The translations under genes and the position numbers were made by a program. Below, piece by piece: positions 46,394 to 55,136 of a stretch of 64,000 nt of DNA; position 1 is the first letter of the stretch, and each line of letters starts with the position of its first letter. Under the pieces are notes generated by a model. It was given only the letters and a program-made list of their open reading frames with translations. It ran no database searches and was not told the DNA's origin. The DNA is from Candidatus Latescibacterota bacterium (lineage in GTDB: Bacteria; Latescibacterota; UBA2968; UBA8231). The stretch is from NCBI GenBank assembly GCA_965203355.1, contig OZ241889.1, forward strand, positions 2,016,001 through 2,080,000. The letters are read 5' to 3'.

Positions 46394-48319
46394 ATGACAC
46401 AGCGCATCGGGATTCTTCTCGCATTTGGATGGTGTTTTTGGGGCGAGCCGACTTCTATTGCAGCCCTGACCATAATCCGTCTCGGAGGGGAGGAACTGCC
46501 TCCGCCCGATTTAGAGGTCCCCTACGAGTTCGTGCAATTGTCATGGGCCGAAGTAGATCCAGCGCGGCATGGATTGGCCGAATTAGTGAAAGTAGATCCC
46601 GGCTTTGTCGAGCCCTTGCACTTGGATCCCACTGTCAACTTGGTGCCGATGCTCGAAGAGCGCGGCGGGCAGGTACTGTCCCTGAATTGGATCGGCTGGG
46701 GGGCGGCTAGCGGTAACGACTTGGCCATGTTCGATGGCGACCCCACGACGGCGTTTTTGGGCGATGGCGATTGGGGAGGGGATTACGGTGTCATTCGCCA
46801 GAAGTCGCTGATTTTCGACCTGGGGGGCCGTTTTTTTCTTGAACGCATTCGCTTTTTTCCTCGCGAGCGATTTCTGGCCGATCGGTTTGTGCAACGTTTC
46901 ATCATCGGCATCAGCGATGGCGATCCGCTCAAGAAAGGCACGAGGGAATTCACGCAGGGCATCCGGGGTAGCTTCTTTGACTTCGACCTTCCGTATAATG
47001 TCTTCGAGAACGTCGAGTCCGTCATTGATATGCCTTTGCCAACCGTGCCGGTGCAACAGTTGCTATTTGAAGCGCCCGAGAACACGACGGGTATTTGGGA
47101 GATCGCCGAGTTTGAGATTTACGGTCATGGTTTTGCTCCATTTGCTCGCTATGTGTCCAACGTGATCGACTTAGGGGGTCCGGCCAGTCTGGGTAGCCTG
47201 CGGTGGTCTGGCGACCAAGACGCTGGGGCCACGCTGTCGTTGAGTACGCGCAGCGGTCTGGATGCTGATCCCAATGTGTACTGGCGCTATACGTTTCGCG
47301 GTGGGGAGCGCACCCGCTTTGATGCCGAGGGTCGTCCGCTGACGTTGGCCTCGTATGGCCAGTTGGCACTTGGGGCGCAGGCAGGCTTGAGCCATGACAC
47401 GGCGGGCTGGACGTTTTGGAGTGGTGCGCCGGACTTTGCCACCGGGGCGGGGGTCGTTGCTGGGGCTGGGGCCCGTCAGTTTGTGCAGGTGCGGGCTGAC
47501 TTCACCTCGGGTCAGCAGACCCGGGGTCGGCTTGATTGGGTGGAGTTGGCGGTGTCGCTTCCGCCGGTGGCGCAACAGGCCATCGCCGAGATCATGCCGT
47601 CGGTGGTGTCGCCGGGTACGGTTAGCGCGTTCACCTACAAGGTCAAGGCTTCGGTGGGGCGGGCCGATCTGGGTTTTGATCGGTTAGCCATTGACACGCC
47701 GGCTCGGGTGTCGCACGTGGTCGGGGTGCGGCTGTCGGGTCAGCCGGTGGCCTTCGACGTGGTTGCGCGCACCGACACGGGGTTTGTGTTGGCGGTGCCT
47801 TTGGTGGATGCACAGCGCACCGAGGAGGTGTTAGAGGTGGACTTCCATGCGTCGGTGTTTCAGTTTGGCACGGTATTTAGTGGTCGTCTTTTCAACAGCG
47901 CGCATCCGGCGGAGGTGCCGCAGGCGTTGGCTTGGGGGGATGCGGATGGAGTGCCTTCCAGTGAGCGTTTGCAGGTTGACTTGACGGGTTTGGGTGGTGG
48001 CTCTTTGGGGGTGTTGTCGGTGGAGCCTGGGGTGTTTAGTCCGAATGGGGATGGGGTCAACGATGTGGTCTCTATTGGCTGTGATGTGTTGAATGTGTCG
48101 GGTGGGTCGTTGGTGGGGTGTTGGGTGTATGATCTGTCGGGTCGTCGTTTGGTTTTGGTGGATGCTTCTTGGTTGGGTAGTGGTCGGTATGGTGGGGTGT
48201 GGGATGGTCGGGATGGTCGTGGTTTTTTAGTGCCGCCGGGGTTGTATGTCGTGGGGTTGCAGGTGGAGACCGATCAGGGCATGACCCACCGGCAAGCACT
48301 CGTCGCTATCGCATACTAA
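46394..48319 (+). CDS. Secreted discoidin-like-domain protein with FSPNGDG/FlgD CTD (paralog 3)
   Basis: LTIIRLGG, MFDGDPTTAF, FDLGGRFFLERIRFFPR, WEIAEFEIYG, VFSPNGDGVND. Confidence 0.78.
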   Translation: MTQRIGILLAFGWCFWGEPTSIAALTIIRLGGEELPPPDLEVPYEFVQLSWAEVDPARHGLAELVKVDPGFVEPLHLDPTVNLVPMLEERGGQVLSLNWIGWGAASGNDLAMFDGDPTTAFLGDGDWGGDYGVIRQKSLIFDLGGRFFLERIRFFPRERFLADRFVQRFIIGISDGDPLKKGTREFTQGIRGSFFDFDLPYNVFENVESVIDMPLPTVPVQQLLFEAPENTTGIWEIAEFEIYGHGFAPFARYVSNVIDLGGPASLGSLRWSGDQDAGATLSLSTRSGLDADPNVYWRYTFRGGERTRFDAEGRPLTLASYGQLALGAQAGLSHDTAGWTFWSGAPDFATGAGVVAGAGARQFVQVRADFTSGQQTRGRLDWVELAVSLPPVAQQAIAEIMPSVVSPGTVSAFTYKVKASVGRADLGFDRLAIDTPARVSHVVGVRLSGQPVAFDVVARTDTGFVLAVPLVDAQRTEEVLEVDFHASVFQFGTVFSGRLFNSAHPAEVPQALAWGDADGVPSSERLQVDLTGLGGGSLGVLSVEPGVFSPNGDGVNDVVSIGCDVLNVSGGSLVGCWVYDLSGRRLVLVDASWLGSGRYGGVWDGRDGRGFLVPPGLYVVGLQVETDQGMTHRQALVAIAY

Positions 48320-48330
48320 AGGTAAACAGT

Positions 48331-50244
48331 ATGGCTGGGCGTTTAACGGTGTGTGCATGGGCGGTGCTGTGGATCGGCGCGCTCGATCCGGCGAGTGGGC
48401 TGACGGTCTATCGGATCGGTGGCGAGAGCCTGCCGCCGCCGGTGTTGAACTCTCCGTACGAATTCGTGCAAATCAGTTGGATCGATATTGACGCGGCGCA
48501 GCACGGCAGCGAGGAGTTACTGGTGTTCGATCCAGATTTCGTGCGCCCCCAACGGTTCGATTCGTCTGTCAATCTCGTGCCAATCATCGAAGAGCAAGGC
48601 GGCAAGATTCTGAATTTGGTGTGGATTGGTTGGGGGCCGCCTCAGGCAGACGATCTTTTTATGTTCGACCAAGATCCGAACACCATATACCTGGGGGACG
48701 GTCACTTTGCCTCGCACGGGCCACCGCATAAGTACCTGACCTTCGATTTTGGCGCACCTTTGCTGCTAGAGAGGATTCGCTTTTTCCCTCGCACCAAACA
48801 CCTGACGGATCGCTTTGTAGAGACCTTCAGGGTCGGCATCAACGACGGCGATCCGCTCAAGGATGGTTCACGAGAGTTCCTCCTTGGCCGCTGGGGAGAC
48901 GAGCTAGACTTCGATATTATCTACGATATAACTGAAAATACCGAAGCCGTCATTGACTTGCCCCTGCCGGCGGAGCCCGTGCGACGGGTGCTCTTCTCAG
49001 CGGCGGAAAATACGCGCGGCATCTGGGAGATCGCCGAGTTGGAAATCTACGGCAACGGCTTTGCGCCTTTTGCAAACTACGTGTCCAATGTGATTGACCT
49101 AGGGGCCTTGGCGAGTTTGGGGGAGCTAACATGGGCTGGGCGCGAGGACGAAGGGGCCAGCGTGGCCCTGAGTATGCGCAGTGGGTTGGACGCGGACCCG
49201 AATATCTATTGGCGGACCACCTTTCGGGGCGGAGAGCGCACTCGCTTCGACGCCAAGGGCCGTCCCCTGACGCTAGCGTCGTACAATAAACTGGCACTCG
49301 GCGAGAAGGCTGGTACTACCCACGACACTGAGAATTGGGCGTTCTGGGGGGGCTACGGCTTCACAGCCGGGCAGGGGGTGATGGTCGGAGATGGCCCCCA
49401 GCGTTACGTGCAATTACGGGCGGACTTCTCATCGAGCCGAGAGACCAGCGGGCAGTTGGATTGGGTGCAGTTTGCCGTGTCGATCCCACCGGTAGCGCAA
49501 CAAGCCGTCGCCGAGATCACGCCTGCGGCCGTGCCTCCGGGGGAAGTTACGGCCTTCACCTACAAGTTGCGGGCGGTCTTGGCCAGCGACGATTTGGGAT
49601 TCGATCGGCTGGACATTGACACGCCGGTCCGGGCACAGAGCGTGGATGAGGTGAGGATTTCGGGTGCGCCGGTGGCCTTTGAAGTAGTGCGGCTGGACGA
49701 GACCGGTTTTGCGGTGCAGTTACCCAAGATTGACGCGCAGCGCACCGAGGAATTGATCGAGGTGGATTTCCAGACCGCGATTTTTAAGTTCGGCACGGTG
49801 TTTTCCGGGCGGCTCTCCAATAGCGAGCAGCCTCAAGAGGTGCCGCAAAATCTAGCGTCTGGGGACGCGGACGCCCGCTCCGAGAGCAATAAGTTGAGTG
49901 TGGGGTTGACTCGCTTAGAGGATCAGACCATCGGTGCCTTGGTGTTGATGCCGTCGGTGTTTAGTCCCAATGGCGACGGAATTAACGACGCGGTGCGGAT
50001 TGAGTGCAATGTGCTGAATTTGGTGGGGCCGGTGCAGGTAGAGTCGTCGGTATATGATTTGTCGGGTCGTCTGTTGGGCGTGATAGGTTCGGATTGGGCC
50101 TCTAGCGGCCGGTACGTAGGGGCATGGGACGGGCGGAATGAGCGCGGTGAGCAGGTGCCGCCGGGGCTGTATATTCTGCGCGTGAGCGTCGAAACTGACA
50201 AGGGGCCGGCCTTTCGGCAAACTGTCGTCTCGCTCGCATACTAA
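48331..50244 (+). CDS. Secreted discoidin-like-domain protein with FSPNGDG/FlgD CTD (paralog 4)
   Basis: ATG 48331; LTVYRIGG, FDFGAPLLLERIRFFPR, WEIAELEIYG, VFSPNGDGIND. Confidence 0.78.
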   Translation: MAGRLTVCAWAVLWIGALDPASGLTVYRIGGESLPPPVLNSPYEFVQISWIDIDAAQHGSEELLVFDPDFVRPQRFDSSVNLVPIIEEQGGKILNLVWIGWGPPQADDLFMFDQDPNTIYLGDGHFASHGPPHKYLTFDFGAPLLLERIRFFPRTKHLTDRFVETFRVGINDGDPLKDGSREFLLGRWGDELDFDIIYDITENTEAVIDLPLPAEPVRRVLFSAAENTRGIWEIAELEIYGNGFAPFANYVSNVIDLGALASLGELTWAGREDEGASVALSMRSGLDADPNIYWRTTFRGGERTRFDAKGRPLTLASYNKLALGEKAGTTHDTENWAFWGGYGFTAGQGVMVGDGPQRYVQLRADFSSSRETSGQLDWVQFAVSIPPVAQQAVAEITPAAVPPGEVTAFTYKLRAVLASDDLGFDRLDIDTPVRAQSVDEVRISGAPVAFEVVRLDETGFAVQLPKIDAQRTEELIEVDFQTAIFKFGTVFSGRLSNSEQPQEVPQNLASGDADARSESNKLSVGLTRLEDQTIGALVLMPSVFSPNGDGINDAVRIECNVLNLVGPVQVESSVYDLSGRLLGVIGSDWASSGRYVGAWDGRNERGEQVPPGLYILRVSVETDKGPAFRQTVVSLAY

Positions 50245-50265
50245 GCGCGACACTAGGAGCCATCC

Positions 50266-52194
50266 ATGTCGTTTTGTTCGACGGAACATTGGGCCGGCTC
50301 AATCTTTTTTGCTGTTCTCTTACTACACGCATCGGTCGCGAGCGGGTTGACGATCTATCGGATCGGAGGGGAGAGTTTTCCGCCTCCAGACTTGGACACT
50401 CCCTATGAATTCGTGCAAATCGGTTGGAGCGAGATTGATGCGGCCCAACACGGGCGCGAAAACCTGATCCAGTTCGAGCCAGACTCGATTCGTCCGCAAT
50501 TTCTCAGTCCAGACATCAACTTGACCCCTTTGCTTCGAGAACGCGGAGGCGAAGTGCTCACTTTCGTCTGGAATGGCTGGCGGTCGCATACGGAGAGCGA
50601 TGAGTTGATGTTTGATGGCGACTTGACGACCGCTTTTTTGGGCGACGGTCGCTTTGCTGTGCATTGGCCGTATGTCAAGGCCATGACGTTTGACTTAGGT
50701 GCTCCCCTCTTTCTCGACCGCATTCGCTTTTTTCCTCGCGACAAACATTTGACCGATCGCTTCGTGCAGCAGTTCAGAATCGGCATCAACGACGGAGACC
50801 CGCTCAAGGATGGGACGCGGGAAGTAAACTTGGGGGCAGTCGGGTTTTATTTTGATTTTGATATTGTGTATGACGAGACGGAAAATACCCAGTCCGTCAT
50901 TGACCTGAAGTTCCCAGATAAGCCTATCCGCTACGTCTTGTTTTACTCTAAGGAGAACACGACGGGTATTTGGGAGATCGCCGAGTTTGAGATTTACGGT
51001 CATGGTTTTGCTCCATTTGCTCGCTATGTGTCCAACGTGATCGACTTAGGGGGTCCGGCCAGTCTGGGTAGCCTGCGGTGGTCTGGCGACCAAGACGCTG
51101 GGGCCACGCTGTCGTTGAGTACGCGCAGCGGTCTGGATGCTGATCCCAATGTGTACTGGCGCTATACGTTTCGCGGTGGGGAGCGCACCCGCTTTGATGC
51201 CGAGGGTCGTCCGCTGACGTTGGCCTCGTATGGCCAGTTGGCACTTGGGGCGCAGGCAGGCTTGAGCCATGACACGGCGGGCTGGACGTTTTGGAGTGGT
51301 GCGCCGGACTTTGCCACCGGGGCGGGGGTCGTTGCTGGGGCTGGGGCCCGTCAGTTTGTGCAGGTGCGGGCTGACTTCACCTCGGGTCAGCAGACCCGGG
51401 GTCGGCTTGATTGGGTGGAGTTGGCGGTGTCGCTTCCGCCGGTGGCGCAACAGGCCATCGCCGAGATCGTGCCCTCGGTGGTGTCGCCGGGCATGGTTAG
51501 CGCGTTCACCTACAAGGTCAAGGCTTCGGTGGGGCGGGCCGATCTGGGTTTTGATCGGTTAGCCATTGACACGCCGGCCCGGGTGTCGCACGTGGTCGGG
51601 GTGCGGCTGTCGGGTCAGCCGGTGGCCTTCGACGTGGTTGCGCGTACCGACACGGGGTTTGTGTTGGCGGTGCCTTTGGTGGATGCACAGCGCACCGAGG
51701 AAGTGTTAGAGGTGGACTTCCATGCGTCGGTGTTTCAGTTTGGCACGGTATTTAGCGGTCGTCTTTTCAACAGCGCGCATCCGGCGGAGGTGCCGCAGGC
51801 GTTGGCTTGGGGGGATGCGGATGGAGAGCCTTCTAGTGAGCGTTTGCAGGTTGACTTGACGGGTTTGGGCGGTGGCTCTTTGGGGATGTTGTCGGTGGAG
51901 CCTGGGGTGTTTAGTCCGAATGGGGATGGGGTCAACGATGTGGTCTCTATTGGCTGTGATGTGTTGAATGTGTCGGGTGGGTCGTTGGTGGGGTGTTGGG
52001 TGTATGATCTGTCGGGTCGTCGTTTGGTTTTGGTGGATGCTTCTTGGTTGGGTAGTGGTCGGTATGGTGGGGTGTGGGATGGTCGGGATGGTCGTGGTTT
52101 TTTAGTGCCGCCGGGGTTGTATGTCGTGGGGTTGCAGGTGGAGACCGATCAGGGCATGACCCACCGGCAAGCCCTCGTCGCTATCGCATACTAA
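50266..52194 (+). CDS. Secreted discoidin-like-domain protein with FSPNGDG/FlgD CTD (paralog 5)
   Basis: LTIYRIGG, MFDGDLTTAF, FDLGAPLFLDRIRFFPR; 3' two-thirds near-identical to paralog 3. Confidence 0.78.
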   Translation: MSFCSTEHWAGSIFFAVLLLHASVASGLTIYRIGGESFPPPDLDTPYEFVQIGWSEIDAAQHGRENLIQFEPDSIRPQFLSPDINLTPLLRERGGEVLTFVWNGWRSHTESDELMFDGDLTTAFLGDGRFAVHWPYVKAMTFDLGAPLFLDRIRFFPRDKHLTDRFVQQFRIGINDGDPLKDGTREVNLGAVGFYFDFDIVYDETENTQSVIDLKFPDKPIRYVLFYSKENTTGIWEIAEFEIYGHGFAPFARYVSNVIDLGGPASLGSLRWSGDQDAGATLSLSTRSGLDADPNVYWRYTFRGGERTRFDAEGRPLTLASYGQLALGAQAGLSHDTAGWTFWSGAPDFATGAGVVAGAGARQFVQVRADFTSGQQTRGRLDWVELAVSLPPVAQQAIAEIVPSVVSPGMVSAFTYKVKASVGRADLGFDRLAIDTPARVSHVVGVRLSGQPVAFDVVARTDTGFVLAVPLVDAQRTEEVLEVDFHASVFQFGTVFSGRLFNSAHPAEVPQALAWGDADGEPSSERLQVDLTGLGGGSLGMLSVEPGVFSPNGDGVNDVVSIGCDVLNVSGGSLVGCWVYDLSGRRLVLVDASWLGSGRYGGVWDGRDGRGFLVPPGLYVVGLQVETDQGMTHRQALVAIAY

Positions 52195-52397
52195 AGAGGC
52201 CGAGCATGGCGGACGATATGCAATTTTCTTACCCTAAACGAGTTAAAATTCCTCTTATTGCCCTTTGCGTTAAAAAAGAACCTAGTAGCAATGGAGTCTC
52301 GCCCGCGGAAAATGCCCGATCTGGGAGCCGCTCGACCGCCTTTGCAGCGGTCGACGAGAGTTTTAAAAACGCTTCTTAGAACACAACGGGGAATGCT

Positions 52398-54974
52398 ATG
52401 ACTATCTTCGGACGCGTCCTTTTTATGGGACTAGTGCTTGCACTGGCCGGGGCTGCCGTGTACGCCCAGCAGGCCGGCCACCAGGTCCGTGCCAATCAGG
52501 TCGTGATCAATAGCCGCAACCATTGGCAGAATTGGGAATTTGCTCCAGGGACCTTGACGATTTCTCCGGCCGGAGAAGTGCGTGCTCGGCGCGTTAAAAA
52601 AAATACCAATGCAGTATTCGACATTGTCGATTATCTGCGCTTTAATCCTCCGGCATCCCTCGGCGGCAAAGAGCCCGCCGAGATCGTCCTCGCCGATGCC
52701 ATCAAGGGCGGCTCTAATGTCGCTGATGTGACCAACCTGCTCGATGGCGACATCACCACCTACTGGCAGCCCGATCCGCCTTCGGCCGACAGAGACTTAG
52801 CCTCACAGTGGTGGTTTGTGATCGATTTGGGCCGCGTGGTTTTTGCCAAAGAACTCGTAATGCGCTTTGTCGAGGAGGGCGTGGGCGATCCCTTTCTCCT
52901 CTTCGAAGTGCTCATTTCCGACGGCCTGAAGCCGGCGCGTTTACAAAGCAGCGAAAATCCAGCCTTTAAGACCGTGTTGCGGACTTTGAGCAAAAACAAG
53001 CGCCAGCGGGTCTTTACGGTTGATCTGACAAACGAAGAGCCTACCGTGCAGGCCGCGGCCGTGCGCTTTGTGCAAGTTTTAGTCACCGATACCGACGGAA
53101 TGCTCGGTGCGGAAGTCTCGGCCGATGAATACGAAGTGCTCAGCGAAGGGACACGCGGTGCCATCCAGTACTTCAAGCGCCAGCCCGATGGCCGAGAAGT
53201 GCCCGTTGACCAAGACCTATACGATATATTGGATGAGGAACGCCGGGGTAGCATCCGCTACTTTCGCCGGGAGTTGCCCCGCTTGGCCGAGTTAGAAATA
53301 TGGAACGAAGGTGACGAGCTAACCGCCGGCATTCTCGCTCGAGGCGGTGTCATCTCTACCAATGCGAAGCAGCCGTTGGCCCTGACCAAGTTCGTCGATG
53401 GTGACTTGGCAACCTTCAATCGCATCTTTTACGGCGTCTCCACGGCGGTGGCCGATCCCGAGTTGGAGTTGGTCTTCGACTTGGGATCGTTCTATTGGAT
53501 CGACGCCTTCCGCATGATTTACAACAACAGCTTGTTCCCGAATTATCGGATGGACTTTTCGGACGGCTCCTTGGCCCCAGACGGAAGCATCCAATGGACG
53601 ACTAGGGCGGAGCTCAGCCCGCGCCCCATCGTCCGCGTCGAAGGTGCCGACTTTGAGCCAATCAAGGCGCGGTATGGCCGCTTTCAGTGGACCTTGAATG
53701 CCATTGGTGCCCGCACGGCGGACATATCCGAGTTGCAGTTCTACGGCGAAGGTTTCCAGCCGGAAGTCTCGCTGCGGTCGGATCTTATTCGCTTGGGTAG
53801 CCGCCGCAACCTGCTGTCGATTGAGTGGGATGCCGACACGCCTCCGGGCACCCAAGTGCTGATTCAGACTCGCACGGGTAATGAATTGGGCGAGATACTA
53901 CACTATTTCAAAAAAGATGGCACGGAAGTGACCGAAAGTGAGTACAACAAGCTGCTGTCGTTGTTCAGAGGTGACACTGTTGCCGAGCAGGTACCCGGTA
54001 GCGATTGGAGCAATTGGAGCGCACCCTATGAGTCGCCGACGGGCAGTCCGATTACCTCGCCCTCACCGAGGGAATTCCTGACAGTGCAAGCGACCTTGCT
54101 GTCGGAAGACCCGGAGCTAAGCCCAACGCTGCGCTCGGTCCGTCTCAACTTTGCCAATCCCGTGGCGCAGCGTCTGTTGGGAGAGATCGGCCCGTTCGCG
54201 GTGGATGAACTCGGGGTTCAACGGCCGTTCTCTCTTTACTTGCGGCCAGAGTTTGACCGCCGCGATCCGGGTTTTGACGAGTTGCTGTTGCTTGCGCCAT
54301 CGAACATGGAGTTAAGTTTGGTCGGCCTGTACGGCGGCGAGGTGGCCGATTTCGACGGGGAAGCGAGCCTAAGCGAATTGACCCAGGTCGAGATCATCCC
54401 TACGGGCCGAGACTCGCTGCACGTGCGCTTTGGTGCGATACAGCCCAATGGATCTACGGAAGTGCTGAGGCTGGATTTTGAGACGGCACTTTTTGTTACC
54501 GGCGCAGTGTTACAGGCGGCCCTGCGCAATAGCAACGCGGACGGCGGAGGCACTTGGCAGCGGGTCGATCCGGGTGAGGCTCTAACACAGGTCGTCGGTA
54601 ATACCACGACAATTATCGCTACTGTAGAGCACAGTGCTCTGCTGACGGATGTGGCCGTGTTACCGGAGGCTTTTTCGCCCAACGGCGATGGGATCAACGA
54701 CCGCACGGTTTTTGCCTTCAACGTCGTGCGCGTTGGCGATGATAGTCCGGTGGCTGTCGAGATCTACGATTTGGGAGGCCGCCAAATACGGCGTCTTGTG
54801 CAAAGGCGTCCATTTAGCACCGGTACCTATGAGATCGAGTGGGATGGCCGGGACGACGGTGGGCGCATGGTGCCGCCGGGTCTGTATTTGGTGCAGTTGA
54901 GCGTGGATACTGATATAGAGGGAACGCAGGTCAAGGACGCGCAGGTACTCAGGACGGTCTCTGTGGCGTACTGA
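52398..54974 (+). CDS. Secreted protein with two discoidin-like domains and FSPNGDG/FlgD CTD (paralog 6)
   Basis: NLLDGDITTYW..FVIDLG..LAELEIW and FVDGDLATF..FDLGS..ISELQFYG; WSNWSAPY; GFD; AFSPNGDGIND..WDGRDDGG..VPPG. Confidence 0.75.
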   Translation: MTIFGRVLFMGLVLALAGAAVYAQQAGHQVRANQVVINSRNHWQNWEFAPGTLTISPAGEVRARRVKKNTNAVFDIVDYLRFNPPASLGGKEPAEIVLADAIKGGSNVADVTNLLDGDITTYWQPDPPSADRDLASQWWFVIDLGRVVFAKELVMRFVEEGVGDPFLLFEVLISDGLKPARLQSSENPAFKTVLRTLSKNKRQRVFTVDLTNEEPTVQAAAVRFVQVLVTDTDGMLGAEVSADEYEVLSEGTRGAIQYFKRQPDGREVPVDQDLYDILDEERRGSIRYFRRELPRLAELEIWNEGDELTAGILARGGVISTNAKQPLALTKFVDGDLATFNRIFYGVSTAVADPELELVFDLGSFYWIDAFRMIYNNSLFPNYRMDFSDGSLAPDGSIQWTTRAELSPRPIVRVEGADFEPIKARYGRFQWTLNAIGARTADISELQFYGEGFQPEVSLRSDLIRLGSRRNLLSIEWDADTPPGTQVLIQTRTGNELGEILHYFKKDGTEVTESEYNKLLSLFRGDTVAEQVPGSDWSNWSAPYESPTGSPITSPSPREFLTVQATLLSEDPELSPTLRSVRLNFANPVAQRLLGEIGPFAVDELGVQRPFSLYLRPEFDRRDPGFDELLLLAPSNMELSLVGLYGGEVADFDGEASLSELTQVEIIPTGRDSLHVRFGAIQPNGSTEVLRLDFETALFVTGAVLQAALRNSNADGGGTWQRVDPGEALTQVVGNTTTIIATVEHSALLTDVAVLPEAFSPNGDGINDRTVFAFNVVRVGDDSPVAVEIYDLGGRQIRRLVQRRPFSTGTYEIEWDGRDDGGRMVPPGLYLVQLSVDTDIEGTQVKDAQVLRTVSVAY

Positions 54975-55136
54975 GTACGGGCGGCGTGGATGGGTTAAAG
55001 TGCTGCCATAGATTTCGCGTTGAAACCAACGCTGCCGCCTTCATTGGTCTCCGCCAAACGAGCCTTCCTTGACCAGCATTGGTTCGAAGTCGCCAATAAA
55101 TTCTCCGCTACAGATTTTGGGAAAGGAGAAGCCCAC

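Larger units (their letters stand above)
47078..52194 (+). repeat. Direct repeat of 1242 bp (47078-48319 and 50953-52194)
   Basis: Identical from GAGAACACGACGGGTATTTGGGAG to the stop codon at a constant offset of 3875; about 13 substitutions counted by eye. Confidence 0.95.

Noticed and set aside
47078-52194. Diversity-generating retroelement (TR/VR pair)
   Set aside because: No reverse transcriptase in the window, the repeat is 1.2 kb, and the differences are not adenine-specific (many are C/T).
52332-52354. Hairpin TCGACCGC-N7-GCGGTCGA upstream of paralog 6
   Set aside because: No adjacent U-tract and a single occurrence, so no function can be assigned.
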